64,000 bases of DNA from an uncultured Actinomycetes bacterium (GTDB lineage Bacteria > Actinomycetota > UBA4738 > JBBDTT01). Numbering within the stretch: position 1 is the first letter of the stretch; every line of letters starts with the position of its first letter. The translations under genes and the position numbers were made by a program. Below, piece by piece: positions 51,761 through 63,311 of this stretch. The DNA lies in assembly GCA_963742735.1 (NCBI GenBank), contig CAVUMN010000004.1, positions 1,248,001 through 1,312,000 of the forward strand, in the 5' to 3' direction. The notes beneath the pieces are model-generated. The model was not told where the DNA came from. It made no database searches and was given only the letters and a program-made list of their open reading frames with translations.

Positions 51761-52713
51761 TCACCCACGTCGAGGGGATCCGGGTCGGCCACGCCACGGA
51801 CCTGCAGGCGGTAACCGGGTGCACCGTGGTCCTCCCGCCGCCGGGAACGATGGGCTCGGGGTCGGTCCGCGGCGGCGCTCCCGGGACCCGGGAGACCGAC
51901 CTCCTGCGCCCGGGGACCCTCGTCCAGGAGGTGCACGCGGTCGTGCTGGCCGGGGGGAGCGTGTTCGGGCTGTCGGCGGCCGACGGCGTCGTCCGGTGGC
52001 TGGAGGAACGAGGGATCGGCTTCGACGCGGGCGTCGCCCGGGTTCCGATCGTGCCGGCCGCGATCCTGTTCGACCTCACCGTCGGCGACCCGGCGGGACG
52101 CCCCGGTCCGGACGACGGCTACGCCGCGTGCGAGGCCGCCGGCGGGGACGTGGAGGAGGGCAGCGTCGGGGCCGGGACCGGCGCGACGGTGGCCAAGGGT
52201 GCCGGCGCCGAACGGGCGCGCAAGGGTGGCGTCGGGACGGCCTCCATGGTGGAGGACGGCGTGACCGTCGGCGCGCTGGCGGTGGTGAACGCGCTGGGCG
52301 AGATCGTGGAGGACGACGGGACCGTGATCGCGGCGCCGCGGGCAGCGCCGGGGGAGGGGATCCAGGGCAGCCTGCCCATCTCGGCGCCCGTGGACCCGCC
52401 CGGAGGCAGGCCCCCGGACCCCGGGATGAACACCACGCTGGTCGTCGTGGCCACCGACGCCGTCCTGAGCAAGGAGCGCGCGTACCTGGTGTCGCTGGCC
52501 GGTCACGAGGGGCTGACCCGCGCGATCCGCCCCGCCCACACCCTGTGGGACGGCGACACCGTGTTCTCACTGGCCACCGGCACCGTCGAGGCTCCCCAGC
52601 CCCTGGTCGAGCGGCTGGCGTCCGACGCGGTCGCGGAGGCCATCCGCCGGGCCGTCCGTCTCGCCACCCCGCTCGGCGGCGTACCCTCTCTGTCCGGGGA
52701 GGGATCGGGCTGA
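51757..52713 (+). CDS. P1/S58 (DmpA/NylC-like) Ntn peptidase
   Basis: GIRVGH, TGCTV, GGAPGTRETDLL, GGSVFGL, GAGTGA, NTT, DGD. Confidence 0.88.
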   Translation: MITHVEGIRVGHATDLQAVTGCTVVLPPPGTMGSGSVRGGAPGTRETDLLRPGTLVQEVHAVVLAGGSVFGLSAADGVVRWLEERGIGFDAGVARVPIVPAAILFDLTVGDPAGRPGPDDGYAACEAAGGDVEEGSVGAGTGATVAKGAGAERARKGGVGTASMVEDGVTVGALAVVNALGEIVEDDGTVIAAPRAAPGEGIQGSLPISAPVDPPGGRPPDPGMNTTLVVVATDAVLSKERAYLVSLAGHEGLTRAIRPAHTLWDGDTVFSLATGTVEAPQPLVERLASDAVAEAIRRAVRLATPLGGVPSLSGEGSG

Positions 52714-53312
52714 CGGAGACGCTTCAGGAGCTCGAGCGGGACTGGTCGGCCTGCACGCGGTGCCGGCTGTCCGAGGGACGCACCACGGTCGTGTTCGGCA
52801 CCGGAGACCCGCACGCCGACCTGATGTTCATCGGCGAGGGGCCGGGGTTCAACGAGGACAAGCAGGGGATCCCGTTCGTGGGCCCCGCCGGCCAGCTGCT
52901 CAACACGCTGCTGTCGCAGATCGACATCGCCCGCGAGTCCGTCTACATCGCGAACGTCGTTCTGTGCCGGCCTCCCGGGAATCGGGACCCGCTGCCCGAC
53001 GAGATCGAGGCGTGCAAGCCCCGGCTGCTCGAGCAGGTGCGGTTGATCGACCCGCAGATCGTGGTGACCCTCGGGAACTTCGCGACGCGCATGATCCTCA
53101 ACCGCCAGATCGGCATCACCCGCGTGCGCGGCCAGCGCTTCATGTGGCAGGGCCGGACGGTCATCCCGACCTACCATCCGGCGGCGATCCTGCGCGGGGG
53201 CAGCGGCCGCCTGATGCAGGAGTCGCAGGAGGACTTCCGCACGATCCGCGGCCTGCTCGAGGACGCCCGCGTCACCGCCCCGGTCGTCGAGGAACAGCTG
53301 GGGCTGTTCTGA
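52710..53312 (+). CDS. Family 4 uracil-DNA glycosylase ([4Fe-4S]), probable CTG start
   Basis: CTRC, GEGPG, PFVGPAG, CRPP.NRDP...C, YHPAA. Confidence 0.92.
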   Translation: MTETLQELERDWSACTRCRLSEGRTTVVFGTGDPHADLMFIGEGPGFNEDKQGIPFVGPAGQLLNTLLSQIDIARESVYIANVVLCRPPGNRDPLPDEIEACKPRLLEQVRLIDPQIVVTLGNFATRMILNRQIGITRVRGQRFMWQGRTVIPTYHPAAILRGGSGRLMQESQEDFRTIRGLLEDARVTAPVVEEQLGLF

Positions 53313-53800
53313 TGCGGTCCACGCTGAACGTCGTCGCCCCCACCGAGGACGACACCCGCGCGGTCGGCGCGGCGATCGCCGAGGCCCTCGGGCCCGGGGA
53401 CGTCGTCGCCCTGACCGGCGAGCTGGGCGCGGGGAAGACGACGTTCGTGCAGGGAGCCGCCCGGGCGCTCGGGGTGACCGATCCCGTCGCGAGCCCGACC
53501 TTCGTCCTGATGCGCCAGTACCGGGGCAACCTGCCGGTCGCCCACGTCGACGTGTACCGCCTCGACCGGATCCAGGAGGTCCTCGACCTCGGCTTCGAAG
53601 AGCTCCTGGACGAGGGCTGGGTGGTCTTCGTCGAATGGGGCGACGTGATCGACGCCCTGTTCGCGGGCGCGTACCTGGAGGTGGAGCTCACGGTTGGCCC
53701 CGGCGAAGCTCGGGGGGTTCGCGTCACCGGACACGGCCCGGTCTGGACCGGACGCTGGGAGCGCCTGGAGGGGCTCCTGGGAAAGTGGCAGGCCGCGTGA
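53312..53800 (+). CDS. tsaE: tRNA threonylcarbamoyladenosine biosynthesis ATPase TsaE
   Basis: GELGAGKTT, SPTF, HVDVYRL, VEW. Confidence 0.95.
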   Translation: MRSTLNVVAPTEDDTRAVGAAIAEALGPGDVVALTGELGAGKTTFVQGAARALGVTDPVASPTFVLMRQYRGNLPVAHVDVYRLDRIQEVLDLGFEELLDEGWVVFVEWGDVIDALFAGAYLEVELTVGPGEARGVRVTGHGPVWTGRWERLEGLLGKWQAA

Positions 53801-54501
53801 TCGTCCTGGGGATCGAGACGTCCACCCCGCAGTCGTCCGTGGCGATCGGCAGCGAGCAGGGGATCCTGGCCGCGTCCCGGGTCGCCCGCACCCACGGGGG
53901 CGACGAGGTGGTGGCGCCCGCGATCCGTCACCTGCTCGACCTGGCCGGCGTGGAGCCCTCCCGGCTGGGCGGGGTGGCCGTCGGGCTGGGGCCCGGCCTG
54001 TTCACCGGCATGCGGGTCGGCATCGCCACCGGCCGCGGGCTGGCGCAGGTCCTGGGGATCCCCATCGTCGGCATGACCTCGCTCGACGTGCTCGCCTTCG
54101 GGGTCCGCTACACCCGCCGGCTGATCTGCGCCGTGGTGGACGCGCGCCGGGGCGAGGTGTTCTACGGGTTCTACCGGCCCATGCACGGCGGGGTGGCCCG
54201 GGAGGGGACCTATCAGGTGGGAACCGCGGAGCGTCTCCTCGGCGAGATCGAGGCGCGCCCGGAAGAGGTGCTGCTCGTTGGAAACGGCGCCCTGATGTAC
54301 CGTCGCGTGCTCGAGGAGCTGGGCAGCCAGGTCGAGTTCGTCTCGGCCGGACACGCCTTCCCCGACGCCGCGGCGCTCGTGGAGCTCGCCGTCCCGCGGT
54401 TCGTCCGGGAGGAGGCCGACCGGCCCGCGGACATCGTGCCCTACTACGTGAGGAAGTCGGATGCGGAGATCGCCTGGGACCGACGCGCCCGGTCCGCCTG
54501 A
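53797..54501 (+). CDS. tsaB: tRNA threonylcarbamoyladenosine biosynthesis protein TsaB
   Basis: LGIETST, GPGLFTGMRVG, DARRGEV, PYYVRKSDAE. Confidence 0.95.
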   Translation: MIVLGIETSTPQSSVAIGSEQGILAASRVARTHGGDEVVAPAIRHLLDLAGVEPSRLGGVAVGLGPGLFTGMRVGIATGRGLAQVLGIPIVGMTSLDVLAFGVRYTRRLICAVVDARRGEVFYGFYRPMHGGVAREGTYQVGTAERLLGEIEARPEEVLLVGNGALMYRRVLEELGSQVEFVSAGHAFPDAAALVELAVPRFVREEADRPADIVPYYVRKSDAEIAWDRRARSA

Positions 54502-55012
54502 GCTCGAGATCGGCTTCATGCGCCGGCGCCACCTCAAGGGCGTCCTGGCGATCGAGCGCCAGGTCTATCCGCGGCCGTGGAGCCCCACGCTGTTCATCTC
54601 CGAGATGAGCGAGCCCCGCAACCGCGTCTACCTGGTCGCCCGCCTCGGCCGCGACGTCGCGGGCTACGCCGGGCTCATGTCCTACGGGGACGAGGCGCAC
54701 GTGACGACGATCGCCGTCGATCCCGTGCACCACCGGCGCAAGATCGCCACGCGGTTGATGCTCGACCTGATCAAGCGGGCCCGGGAGATGGGCGCCAAGG
54801 CGATCTCCCTGGAGGTCCGGGTCTCCAACTGGGGCGCGCAGCGGCTGTACGGCCGGTTCGGGTTCCGGCCGGTCGGCGTCCGCAAGGGCTACTACCAGGA
54901 GACGAACGAGGACGCCCTCGTCATGTGGGCGGACGAGATCGACCAGCCCGAGTACGGGCGGCTCCTCGAGCGGATCGCGGCGGCCGCCACCCCCGAGGTC
55001 TCGGCCCCGTGA
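54461..55012 (+). CDS. rimI: Ribosomal protein S18-alanine N-acetyltransferase RimI
   Basis: PW, TIAV, LEVRVSN..AQRLY..FGF...RKGYY...EDALVM. Confidence 0.92.
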   Translation: MRRSPGTDAPGPPELEIGFMRRRHLKGVLAIERQVYPRPWSPTLFISEMSEPRNRVYLVARLGRDVAGYAGLMSYGDEAHVTTIAVDPVHHRRKIATRLMLDLIKRAREMGAKAISLEVRVSNWGAQRLYGRFGFRPVGVRKGYYQETNEDALVMWADEIDQPEYGRLLERIAAAATPEVSAP

Positions 55013-56013
55013 GGGTCCTGGGCTTCGAGACGTCCTGCGACGAGACGGCCGTGGCGGTGGTCGAGGACGGCCTGGCCGTCCGGTCGAACCTGATCAGCAG
55101 CCAGACCGACCTGCACCAGCGCTACGGCGGGGTCGTCCCCGAGATCGCCTCGCGCGCCCACGTCGAGCGGATCAACCCCCTGCTCGACGAGGCCCTCGCC
55201 CGCGGGGAGACCTCGTGGGGCCAGGTCGACGCGGTCGCCGTCGCGGTCGGGCCGGGGTTGGTCGGCGCGCTCCTGGTGGGGATCGCCACGGCGAAGGCGG
55301 TCGCGCTGGCGCTGGACCTTCCCCTGATCGGCGTGAACCACCTCGAGGGACACCTGTACGCGAACGCCCTCGACCACGGCCCGATGGAGTTCCCGTTCGT
55401 GGCGTTCATCGTCTCCGGCGGCCACACGATGCTCGTCCACGTGCCCGAGGAGCACCACTACGAGCTGCTCGGCCAGACCCTCGACGACGCCGCCGGCGAG
55501 GCCTTCGACAAGATCGCGCGGTACCTGGGGCTGCCGTACCCCGGCGGCCCCGAGATCGACCGGCTGTCGCAGACCGGTGATCCGGCGGCCGTCGACTTCC
55601 CGCGCGCCCTCGCCCGTTCGGGGGACTTCGACTTCTCGCTCTCCGGCCTGAAGACGGCGGTGATCCGCCACGTCCGCGCCGAGGTCGAGGCCGGGCGGCA
55701 GCCGGACCTCGCCGACCTGGCGGCGTCGTTTCAGGAGGCCATCGTGGACGTGCAGGTGGACAAGACGCTCGCCGCCGCCGAGGCCCGCGGCGCCAAGCGG
55801 ATCCTGCTCGGGGGGGGCGTCGTCGCGAACACCCGCCTCCGCGACCGGATGCAACATGCCGCCGACGAGCGCGGCCTCGACCTCCGCTCGCCCTCGATCG
55901 AGCTGTGCACCGACAACGCCGCCATGATCGCCGCCGCCGGCCACAGCAGGCTGATCAAGGGCGAACGCACCAGCCTCGACGTCAGCGCCAACCCCTCCCT
56001 GCCCCTCGCGTAG
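55009..56013 (+). CDS. tsaD: tRNA N6-adenosine threonylcarbamoyltransferase TsaD
   Basis: ETSCDET, GGVVPEIASRAH, NHLEGH, SGGHT, DDAAGEAFDK, CTDNAAMI. Confidence 0.97.
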   Translation: MRVLGFETSCDETAVAVVEDGLAVRSNLISSQTDLHQRYGGVVPEIASRAHVERINPLLDEALARGETSWGQVDAVAVAVGPGLVGALLVGIATAKAVALALDLPLIGVNHLEGHLYANALDHGPMEFPFVAFIVSGGHTMLVHVPEEHHYELLGQTLDDAAGEAFDKIARYLGLPYPGGPEIDRLSQTGDPAAVDFPRALARSGDFDFSLSGLKTAVIRHVRAEVEAGRQPDLADLAASFQEAIVDVQVDKTLAAAEARGAKRILLGGGVVANTRLRDRMQHAADERGLDLRSPSIELCTDNAAMIAAAGHSRLIKGERTSLDVSANPSLPLA

Positions 56014-56034
56014 ACCGACCGCTAGAGTTCGCGC

Positions 56035-56982
56035 GTGGCGGAGACGGTGTTGGTGACGGGGGCGGCGGGGTTCATCGGGTCGCATCTCGTGGACCGGCTG
56101 CTGGCCGAGGGCAAGCGCGTGGTGGGGGTCGACGACCTGTCCACCGGGCGCATCGCGAACCTGTCCGAGTCGCGGCAGTACGGGCAGGCGTTCACGTTCT
56201 ACAACCTCGACATCCGCTCGGATGGGCTGGCGATGCTGTTCGAACGCCACGGCCCCAACGTGGTGATGCACCTTGCGGCGCAGCCCGGCGTGCGGCCCTC
56301 GCTGCTCGATCCGAAGGCCGACGCGAGCATCAACGTCATGGGCCTGCTCAATGTCCTGGAGAGCTCGGCCCGCGCCGGCGTCCGCAAGGTCGTGTTCGCC
56401 TCGTCGGGCGGCACCATCTACGGCGACCCTCGGAAGTTCCCGGTGAAGGAGACGTCGGCGGGCGGCTCGATCCCGCACTCGCCGTACGGCGTCTCGAAGA
56501 AGGCGGCCCTGGACTACCTCCGCTACTACCACCGCTATCGCAAGCTCGACTTCACCGCCCTCGCCCTCGGCAACGTCTACGGCCCGCGCCAGGACCCGAA
56601 CGGCGAGGCCGGCGTCATCGCGATCTTCATCGGCAAGATGCTTGCCGGCGAGGCGCCGGCGGTCTTCGGCGACGGCAACCAGACCCGCGACTACGTCTTC
56701 GTCGACGACACCGTCCACGCGTTCGCGCTCGCCGGCGGCACCGCGGGCTCCGGGAAGCTGCTGAACATCGGGACCGCCCTGGAGACCTCGGTGAACGGGT
56801 TGTTCCGGATGCTGGCGGAGATCACCGGCTTCCGCGGGGAGCCCGGCGGCGGTTCGCTGCCGCCCGGGGAGATCCGCCGCATCGCCCTCGACTTCTCGTC
56901 GGCGACGAGCGAGCTCGGCTGGAAGCCGTGGACCCACCTGGAGGACGGCCTGAAGGAGACGGTGGCCTACTGGCGGGGCTGA
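56035..56982 (+). CDS. NAD-dependent epimerase (UDP-glucose 4-epimerase-like)
   Basis: TGAAGFIGSH, ASSGGTIYG, YGVSK, NVYGPRQDP.GEAGV, TRDYVFV. Confidence 0.9.
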   Translation: MAETVLVTGAAGFIGSHLVDRLLAEGKRVVGVDDLSTGRIANLSESRQYGQAFTFYNLDIRSDGLAMLFERHGPNVVMHLAAQPGVRPSLLDPKADASINVMGLLNVLESSARAGVRKVVFASSGGTIYGDPRKFPVKETSAGGSIPHSPYGVSKKAALDYLRYYHRYRKLDFTALALGNVYGPRQDPNGEAGVIAIFIGKMLAGEAPAVFGDGNQTRDYVFVDDTVHAFALAGGTAGSGKLLNIGTALETSVNGLFRMLAEITGFRGEPGGGSLPPGEIRRIALDFSSATSELGWKPWTHLEDGLKETVAYWRG

Positions 56983-57048
56983 GCCCCTGCACCGTTTCTC
57001 CACACGGGCCGGACCAAACCGCGACACCCGCCTGCCTAGACTGACCCC

Positions 57049-57729
57049 ATGGGTCGTCCGCTGATCGCCGTGGTCGAGGACGAGGCGACGATCGCGTCCG
57101 CGATCGCGGCCCGGCTCCGCCGCGAGGGCTTCGACGTCGAGACGGCGGCCGACGGTCCCGGCGCGGTCGAGCTCGTCGAGCGCGTCCGGCCCGACGTCGT
57201 GGTCCTGGATGTGATGCTTCCCGGCTTCGACGGCCTCGAGGTGTGCCGCCGCATCCAGCGAGAGCGTCCGGTGCCCGTCCTGATGCTCACCGCCCGCGAT
57301 GCGGAGGAGGACGTCCTGGTCGGTCTGGGGATCGGCGCGGACGACTACATGACCAAGCCGTTCAGCCCACGGGAGCTCGTGGCCAGGGTCAAGGCCCTGC
57401 TCCGGCGGGTCCAGCGCGCCCCCGAGCCGGAGCGCGGAGTGATCGAACAGGACGGCCTGGCCGTCGACCCCACCAAACGCGAGATCCGAGTCGGCGGCGA
57501 CGCCGTGCACCTGACCCCGATCGAGTTCGACCTGCTGTACGCGCTCGCGTCGCGGCCCGGCGTGGTCCACTCGCGCGAGCGGCTGCTGTCCGAGGTGTGG
57601 GGCTATCGCGACGGCCTCGGCGCGCGCACGGTCGACTCCCACGTGCGCTCGCTCCGCCGCAAGCTCGGCGCCGAGCTCATCCGGACCGTCCACGGGGTCG
57701 GGTACGCCTTCCGCGAGGACGTCTCCTGA
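57049..57729 (+). CDS. OmpR-family response regulator
   Basis: VEDE, LDVMLPG (phospho-Asp), GADDYMTKPF, wHTH with TVHGVGY. Confidence 0.95.
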   Translation: MGRPLIAVVEDEATIASAIAARLRREGFDVETAADGPGAVELVERVRPDVVVLDVMLPGFDGLEVCRRIQRERPVPVLMLTARDAEEDVLVGLGIGADDYMTKPFSPRELVARVKALLRRVQRAPEPERGVIEQDGLAVDPTKREIRVGGDAVHLTPIEFDLLYALASRPGVVHSRERLLSEVWGYRDGLGARTVDSHVRSLRRKLGAELIRTVHGVGYAFREDVS

Positions 57730-58754
57730 TGGGACGGCTCCGCCCGCTCGACTTCCTGTCCTCGATCAAGACCAAGCTCGGGGTGATCATCGTGGCCGCC
57801 GTCGCGGTGGCGGTCGTCATCCAGTCGCTCGGCGCGGTGGCGGGCTTCCCGCTCGTGCTGGTCGGGCTGGTGGCGGGCCTCCTGGCACTGGTGATGGTTC
57901 AGCTCCTCGCCCGAGGCATGACCTCGCCGCTGCGGGAGATGGCCCGCGCCGCGACGGGGATGTCCCGGGGCGACTACTCGCAACGGGTCACGGCGACCTC
58001 GCGCGACGAGGTCGGAGAGCTCGCCCGCGCGTTCAACATCATGGCCGCGGAGCTGGCGGAGATCGACCGCCAGCGCCGGGACCTGATCGCGAACGTCTCC
58101 CACGAGCTCCGCACGCCGATCAGCGCGATGCAGGCGGTGCTCGAGAACCTGGTGGACGGCGTGGAGCCGCCCGACCCCGAGACGCTGCGGACCGTGCTGG
58201 GCCAGGTCGAGCGGCTCGGCCGCCTGGTCGCCCAGCTGCTGGATCTCTCCCGGCTGGAGTCGGGGGCGGCCCCGATGGAGCGCCGGCCCTTCGCGATCCG
58301 CCCGGTCCTCGAGCAGGCCGTGCGCGAACAGGAGGTCAACGTCGCCCAGGGCTCCGACCGGCCGGTTCGTCTGTCGCTCGAGGTCAGCCCGGCCGAGCTG
58401 GAGGCCGACGGCGACCCCGAGCGGGTCCATCAGGTCGTCGCCAACCTGGTCCACAACGCGGTCCGCCATTCTCCGGCGGGCGGGACGGTGACCGTGTCCG
58501 CCCGCGGCGAGCCGGGACGCGTGCGCATCGAGGTCGCCGACCAGGGCCCGGGCATCCCCGACGGGGAGGCCTCGCGGGTGTTCGAGCGGTTCTACCGCTC
58601 CGACGCGGCCCGGTCGTCCAGGGACGGCGGGACCGGCCTCGGCCTGGCCATCGCCCGGTGGGTCGTCGACCTGCACGGGGGAGACATCCGGGCGGAGCCG
58701 AACCTCCCCACGGGCTGCCGGATGGTCGTCGAGCTCCCGGCGGGCGCCCGATGA
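57729..58754 (+). CDS. HAMP-domain sensor histidine kinase with minimal extracytoplasmic loop
   Basis: Two adjacent TMs, HAMP (RDEVGELARAFN), SHELRTP, NLVHNA, DQGPGI, GTGLGL. Confidence 0.95.
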   Translation: MGRLRPLDFLSSIKTKLGVIIVAAVAVAVVIQSLGAVAGFPLVLVGLVAGLLALVMVQLLARGMTSPLREMARAATGMSRGDYSQRVTATSRDEVGELARAFNIMAAELAEIDRQRRDLIANVSHELRTPISAMQAVLENLVDGVEPPDPETLRTVLGQVERLGRLVAQLLDLSRLESGAAPMERRPFAIRPVLEQAVREQEVNVAQGSDRPVRLSLEVSPAELEADGDPERVHQVVANLVHNAVRHSPAGGTVTVSARGEPGRVRIEVADQGPGIPDGEASRVFERFYRSDAARSSRDGGTGLGLAIARWVVDLHGGDIRAEPNLPTGCRMVVELPAGAR

Positions 58755-60229
58755 CCGAGCTCCAGACCGCCACCGTGTTGCCCCCGGCGCCCGCCCGCCG
58801 TTCGTTCGCGCTGGCCGCGATGGGCGCCGCGCTCGTCGCCGCATGGCTGATCCCCGAGAGCCGCCCCGGGGTGAACATCCCCATCCTGGCGCTCTTCGCG
58901 GCGGCCGCGGTGCACGCCGCGAAGCCGAGGCCCATCTCGGGAACCTCGTGGGCCTACGCCGCCCTGGGGGGCGCGTTGGCGCTGACGCCGGTCCTGCGCG
59001 CCGCCGAGTGGGTGCTGGCGGTGAACGTCCTGGCCGCGCTGGCGCTGGCGGGCCTGGCCGCCACCGGGGCGACGACGTGGCGAGAGATGCTCTGGACCCC
59101 CCTGGCCGTGCTCGGCCGGGCGCCGCAGGCGCCGGGCTACGTCCTCTCCGGTCTCCGCCGCCCCGCCACGACGCCGTCCGGCCGGCTGGCTCCAGTCCTT
59201 CGGGGTGTGGCGATCGCGGCGGGCCTGCTGGTGGTCTTCGGCGTGCTGTTCGCCTCGGCGGATCGCGCGTTCGCCTCGCTCGCCGAGCGGCTCCTCATCC
59301 CCGACTGGGACCTGGACCTTCTGCCGGTCCGGTTGCTGGTGTTCGCGTTCGCGCTGCTGGCGGTGGCGACGCTGGGGCTGACCCGGGTGCGATCCGGCGC
59401 CGGCTGGACACCGACCCTGCGCGGCCTCTTCGGGACCGGAGGCCCGCCGTGGCGGCTGGGTCGCACGGAGTGGACCATCGCCCTCGGCTCGCTCAACGTG
59501 CTGTTCGCGCTCTTCGTCGGGATCCAGATCGCGGTCCTGTTCGCCGGACACGATCACGTCCTGCGGACGGAGGGCCTGACCTACGCGGAGTACGCGCGCC
59601 AGGGGTTCTTCCAGCTCCTCGTGGTCGGCTTCCTGACCCTGGGGGTCCTCGCCGTCGTCGGATCCCGCGGCGAACGGGGGGGCGAACGCGATGATCGCAG
59701 GCTGCAGCTCCTCGGCGGAACGCTGTGCGTGCTCTCCCTGGTGGTGCTGGCCTCGGCCCTGCACCGGCTCGGCCTGTACGAGGATGCCTTCGGTTTCACG
59801 CACGCGCGTCTGACCGTTCACGCGGTGCTGTGGTGGCTCGGGGGCGTGTTCGTGCTGGTCGTCGCGGCCGGGGCCACGCGTCGTGCGGCCTGGCTCCCGA
59901 GGGCCTCCGTCGCGCTCACGGTGGCCGGCCTGCTCGCGTTCACGCTCGCGAACCCCGACGCCCTGGTGGCCTCGCGGAACGTGGATCGATTCGAACGGAC
60001 GGGATCGCTCGACCTCGACTACCTCGGCGCGAGCCTGAGCGGGGACGCGGTACCCGCCCTCCAGCGGCTGGCCGAGCCCTACCGCAGCTGCGTGCTGGCG
60101 CCCATCGCCGCCCGTCTGGGAGAGCCGGAGTCGTGGATGGAGTTCAATCTCGGGCGTTCCTGGGCACGAATGCTGCTTGGCGCGGGGCTCGCCCTGCCGG
60201 AGACCTGCCCGACGGAAGAGGGGATATGA
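58751..60229 (+). CDS. DUF4153/DUF4173 multi-pass membrane protein
   Basis: LFASAD..F, YAEYARQGFFQL, SA..RL.LY..AFG.T..R, NPD, DLDYL motifs. Confidence 0.78.
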   Translation: MTELQTATVLPPAPARRSFALAAMGAALVAAWLIPESRPGVNIPILALFAAAAVHAAKPRPISGTSWAYAALGGALALTPVLRAAEWVLAVNVLAALALAGLAATGATTWREMLWTPLAVLGRAPQAPGYVLSGLRRPATTPSGRLAPVLRGVAIAAGLLVVFGVLFASADRAFASLAERLLIPDWDLDLLPVRLLVFAFALLAVATLGLTRVRSGAGWTPTLRGLFGTGGPPWRLGRTEWTIALGSLNVLFALFVGIQIAVLFAGHDHVLRTEGLTYAEYARQGFFQLLVVGFLTLGVLAVVGSRGERGGERDDRRLQLLGGTLCVLSLVVLASALHRLGLYEDAFGFTHARLTVHAVLWWLGGVFVLVVAAGATRRAAWLPRASVALTVAGLLAFTLANPDALVASRNVDRFERTGSLDLDYLGASLSGDAVPALQRLAEPYRSCVLAPIAARLGEPESWMEFNLGRSWARMLLGAGLALPETCPTEEGI

Positions 60230-60669
60230 CGACATCGACGACGACGATCGAGGTTCGGGTCGAGCGGCGGTTCGGGTTCACGGACCTCACCGACGACCTG
60301 CGCCGGGCCGTGAAGGACTCCGGGGTCACCGACGGTCTGGCGGTCGCCTTCTGCGCCCACACGACCTGCGCGCTCCTGGTGAACGAGTGGGAGGACGGTG
60401 CGCTCGCGGACTTCGCGGAGCGCCTCGAGGCCCTGATCCCGGGCGAGATCTACTATGCCCACGACGACCTGGCCCGGCGCCCCGACGTCGAGGAGCACGA
60501 ACGCCCGAACGGCCGCTCGCACGTCATGCAGATGGTGATCGGCGGCACCAGCCACGCGATCCCGGTGAGCGCCGGTGAGCCGATGCTCGGACGGTGGCAG
60601 CGACTGGTCCTGGTCGACCTCGACGAGCCCAAGCCCCGCACGGTCGTGTTCCACGTCTCCGGCGACTAG
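60226..60669 (+). CDS. YjbQ / UPF0047 family protein
   Basis: HTTCALLVNE, YAHD, NGRSH, LGRWQ, D..PR. Confidence 0.88.
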   Translation: MTTSTTTIEVRVERRFGFTDLTDDLRRAVKDSGVTDGLAVAFCAHTTCALLVNEWEDGALADFAERLEALIPGEIYYAHDDLARRPDVEEHERPNGRSHVMQMVIGGTSHAIPVSAGEPMLGRWQRLVLVDLDEPKPRTVVFHVSGD

Positions 60670-60684
60670 CCCGTCCGGGCCCGG

Positions 60685-60714
60685 TTGCCGCTTTCCCCCG
60701 TCGCTCGCTAGACT
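60685..60714 (+). promoter_or_regulatory. Putative groES promoter
   Basis: TTGCCG, 18 nt, TAGACT, immediately before CIRCE. Confidence 0.6.
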
Positions 60715-60715
60715 G

Positions 60716-60742
60716 TTAGCACTCGAAGCACGCGAGTGCTAA
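60716..60742 (+). promoter_or_regulatory. CIRCE element (HrcA operator)
   Basis: Perfect TTAGCACTC-N9-GAGTGCTAA upstream of groES. Confidence 0.97.
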
Positions 60743-60767
60743 TTGCGCGCACGTATAGGAGGCACGA

Positions 60768-61076
60768 ATGGCCAAGGGTGGATTCAATCTTCAGCCCCTC
60801 GAGGACCGCATCGTCGTGAGGCCGGGTGAGGAGGAGGAGACCACCGTCTCCGGCATCGTCATCCCCGACACGGCGAAGGAGAAGCCCCAGGAGGGCGAGG
60901 TCGTCGCGGTGGGCGCCGGCCGGTTCAACGAGGACGGCGACGAGCGCGTCCCGATGGACGTCAAGGTCGGCGACAAGGTCATCTACTCGAAGTACGGCGG
61001 CACCGAGGTCAAGGTCGGCGGCGAGGAGTACCTGATCCTGTCCGCCCGCGACGTCCTCGCGATCGTCGTCAAGTAA
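60768..61076 (+). CDS. groES: Co-chaperonin GroES
   Basis: [10 protein letters not shown]...[16 protein letters not shown]...YSKYGGTE. Confidence 0.99.
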   Translation: MAKGGFNLQPLEDRIVVRPGEEEETTVSGIVIPDTAKEKPQEGEVVAVGAGRFNEDGDERVPMDVKVGDKVIYSKYGGTEVKVGGEEYLILSARDVLAIVVK

Positions 61077-62744
<1,668 letters not shown>

Positions 62745-62762
62745 CGGTCCGGGGACACCACG

Positions 62763-62795
62763 AACGGGGCCGCCTTCGGGCGGCCCTGTTTCGTT
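62763..62795. terminator. Hairpin terminator between convergent groEL and membrane-protein gene
   Basis: AACGGGGCCGCC-TTCG-GGCGGCCCTGTT 12-bp stem with cUUCGg loop, followed by TCGTT. Confidence 0.8.
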
Positions 62796-63218
62796 CTAGA
62801 CGGGGGTCGCCTCGTTGCCGGCCCGCGCCAGCGCGAGGGCGAAGGCCGCGCTCAGCACGCCGGTGACACCGGCCATCAGCCACCACAGCAGCAGGCTCGG
62901 ACAGATCGCGACGCCGTCGACGGTCGCGCAGTCGGGACCGATCGAGGCGTTGACGCCGAACACCACGAACGCCAGCGCGGTCGGGATCGCGAACGCCCAC
63001 CCCCAGAACCACAGGTCCTCCACGCGCTGGGCCACGAGCACCGCGAACATGGCCGCCGCGAGCAGCTGGATCCCGACGATCCGCACCCACGCGTACTCCT
63101 CGTAGGGGATCTGGTGGAACACGGTGACGAGCGTGAACCGGGGGAGCGCCGCCAGCGCCACCCCGAGCACGAACGATACGAGCGCCTCGAGATAGAGGAC
63201 GCGTCGGAGCAGGCGCAT
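62796..63218 (-). CDS. Hypothetical 4-TM membrane protein
   Basis: 140 aa, four hydrophobic segments, Cys pair in a loop. Confidence 0.7.
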   Translation of the reverse strand: MRLLRRVLYLEALVSFVLGVALAALPRFTLVTVFHQIPYEEYAWVRIVGIQLLAAAMFAVLVAQRVEDLWFWGWAFAIPTALAFVVFGVNASIGPDCATVDGVAICPSLLLWWLMAGVTGVLSAAFALALARAGNEATPV

Positions 63219-63311
63219 GGCCTGCTAGGATAGCCCGCGCCGCCCGAGAGCCCGTGAAGGGAGCCTCAGGCGCGCCTCCCGAGATCCTTCGACAAGGGAC
63301 CCTGGACGACC

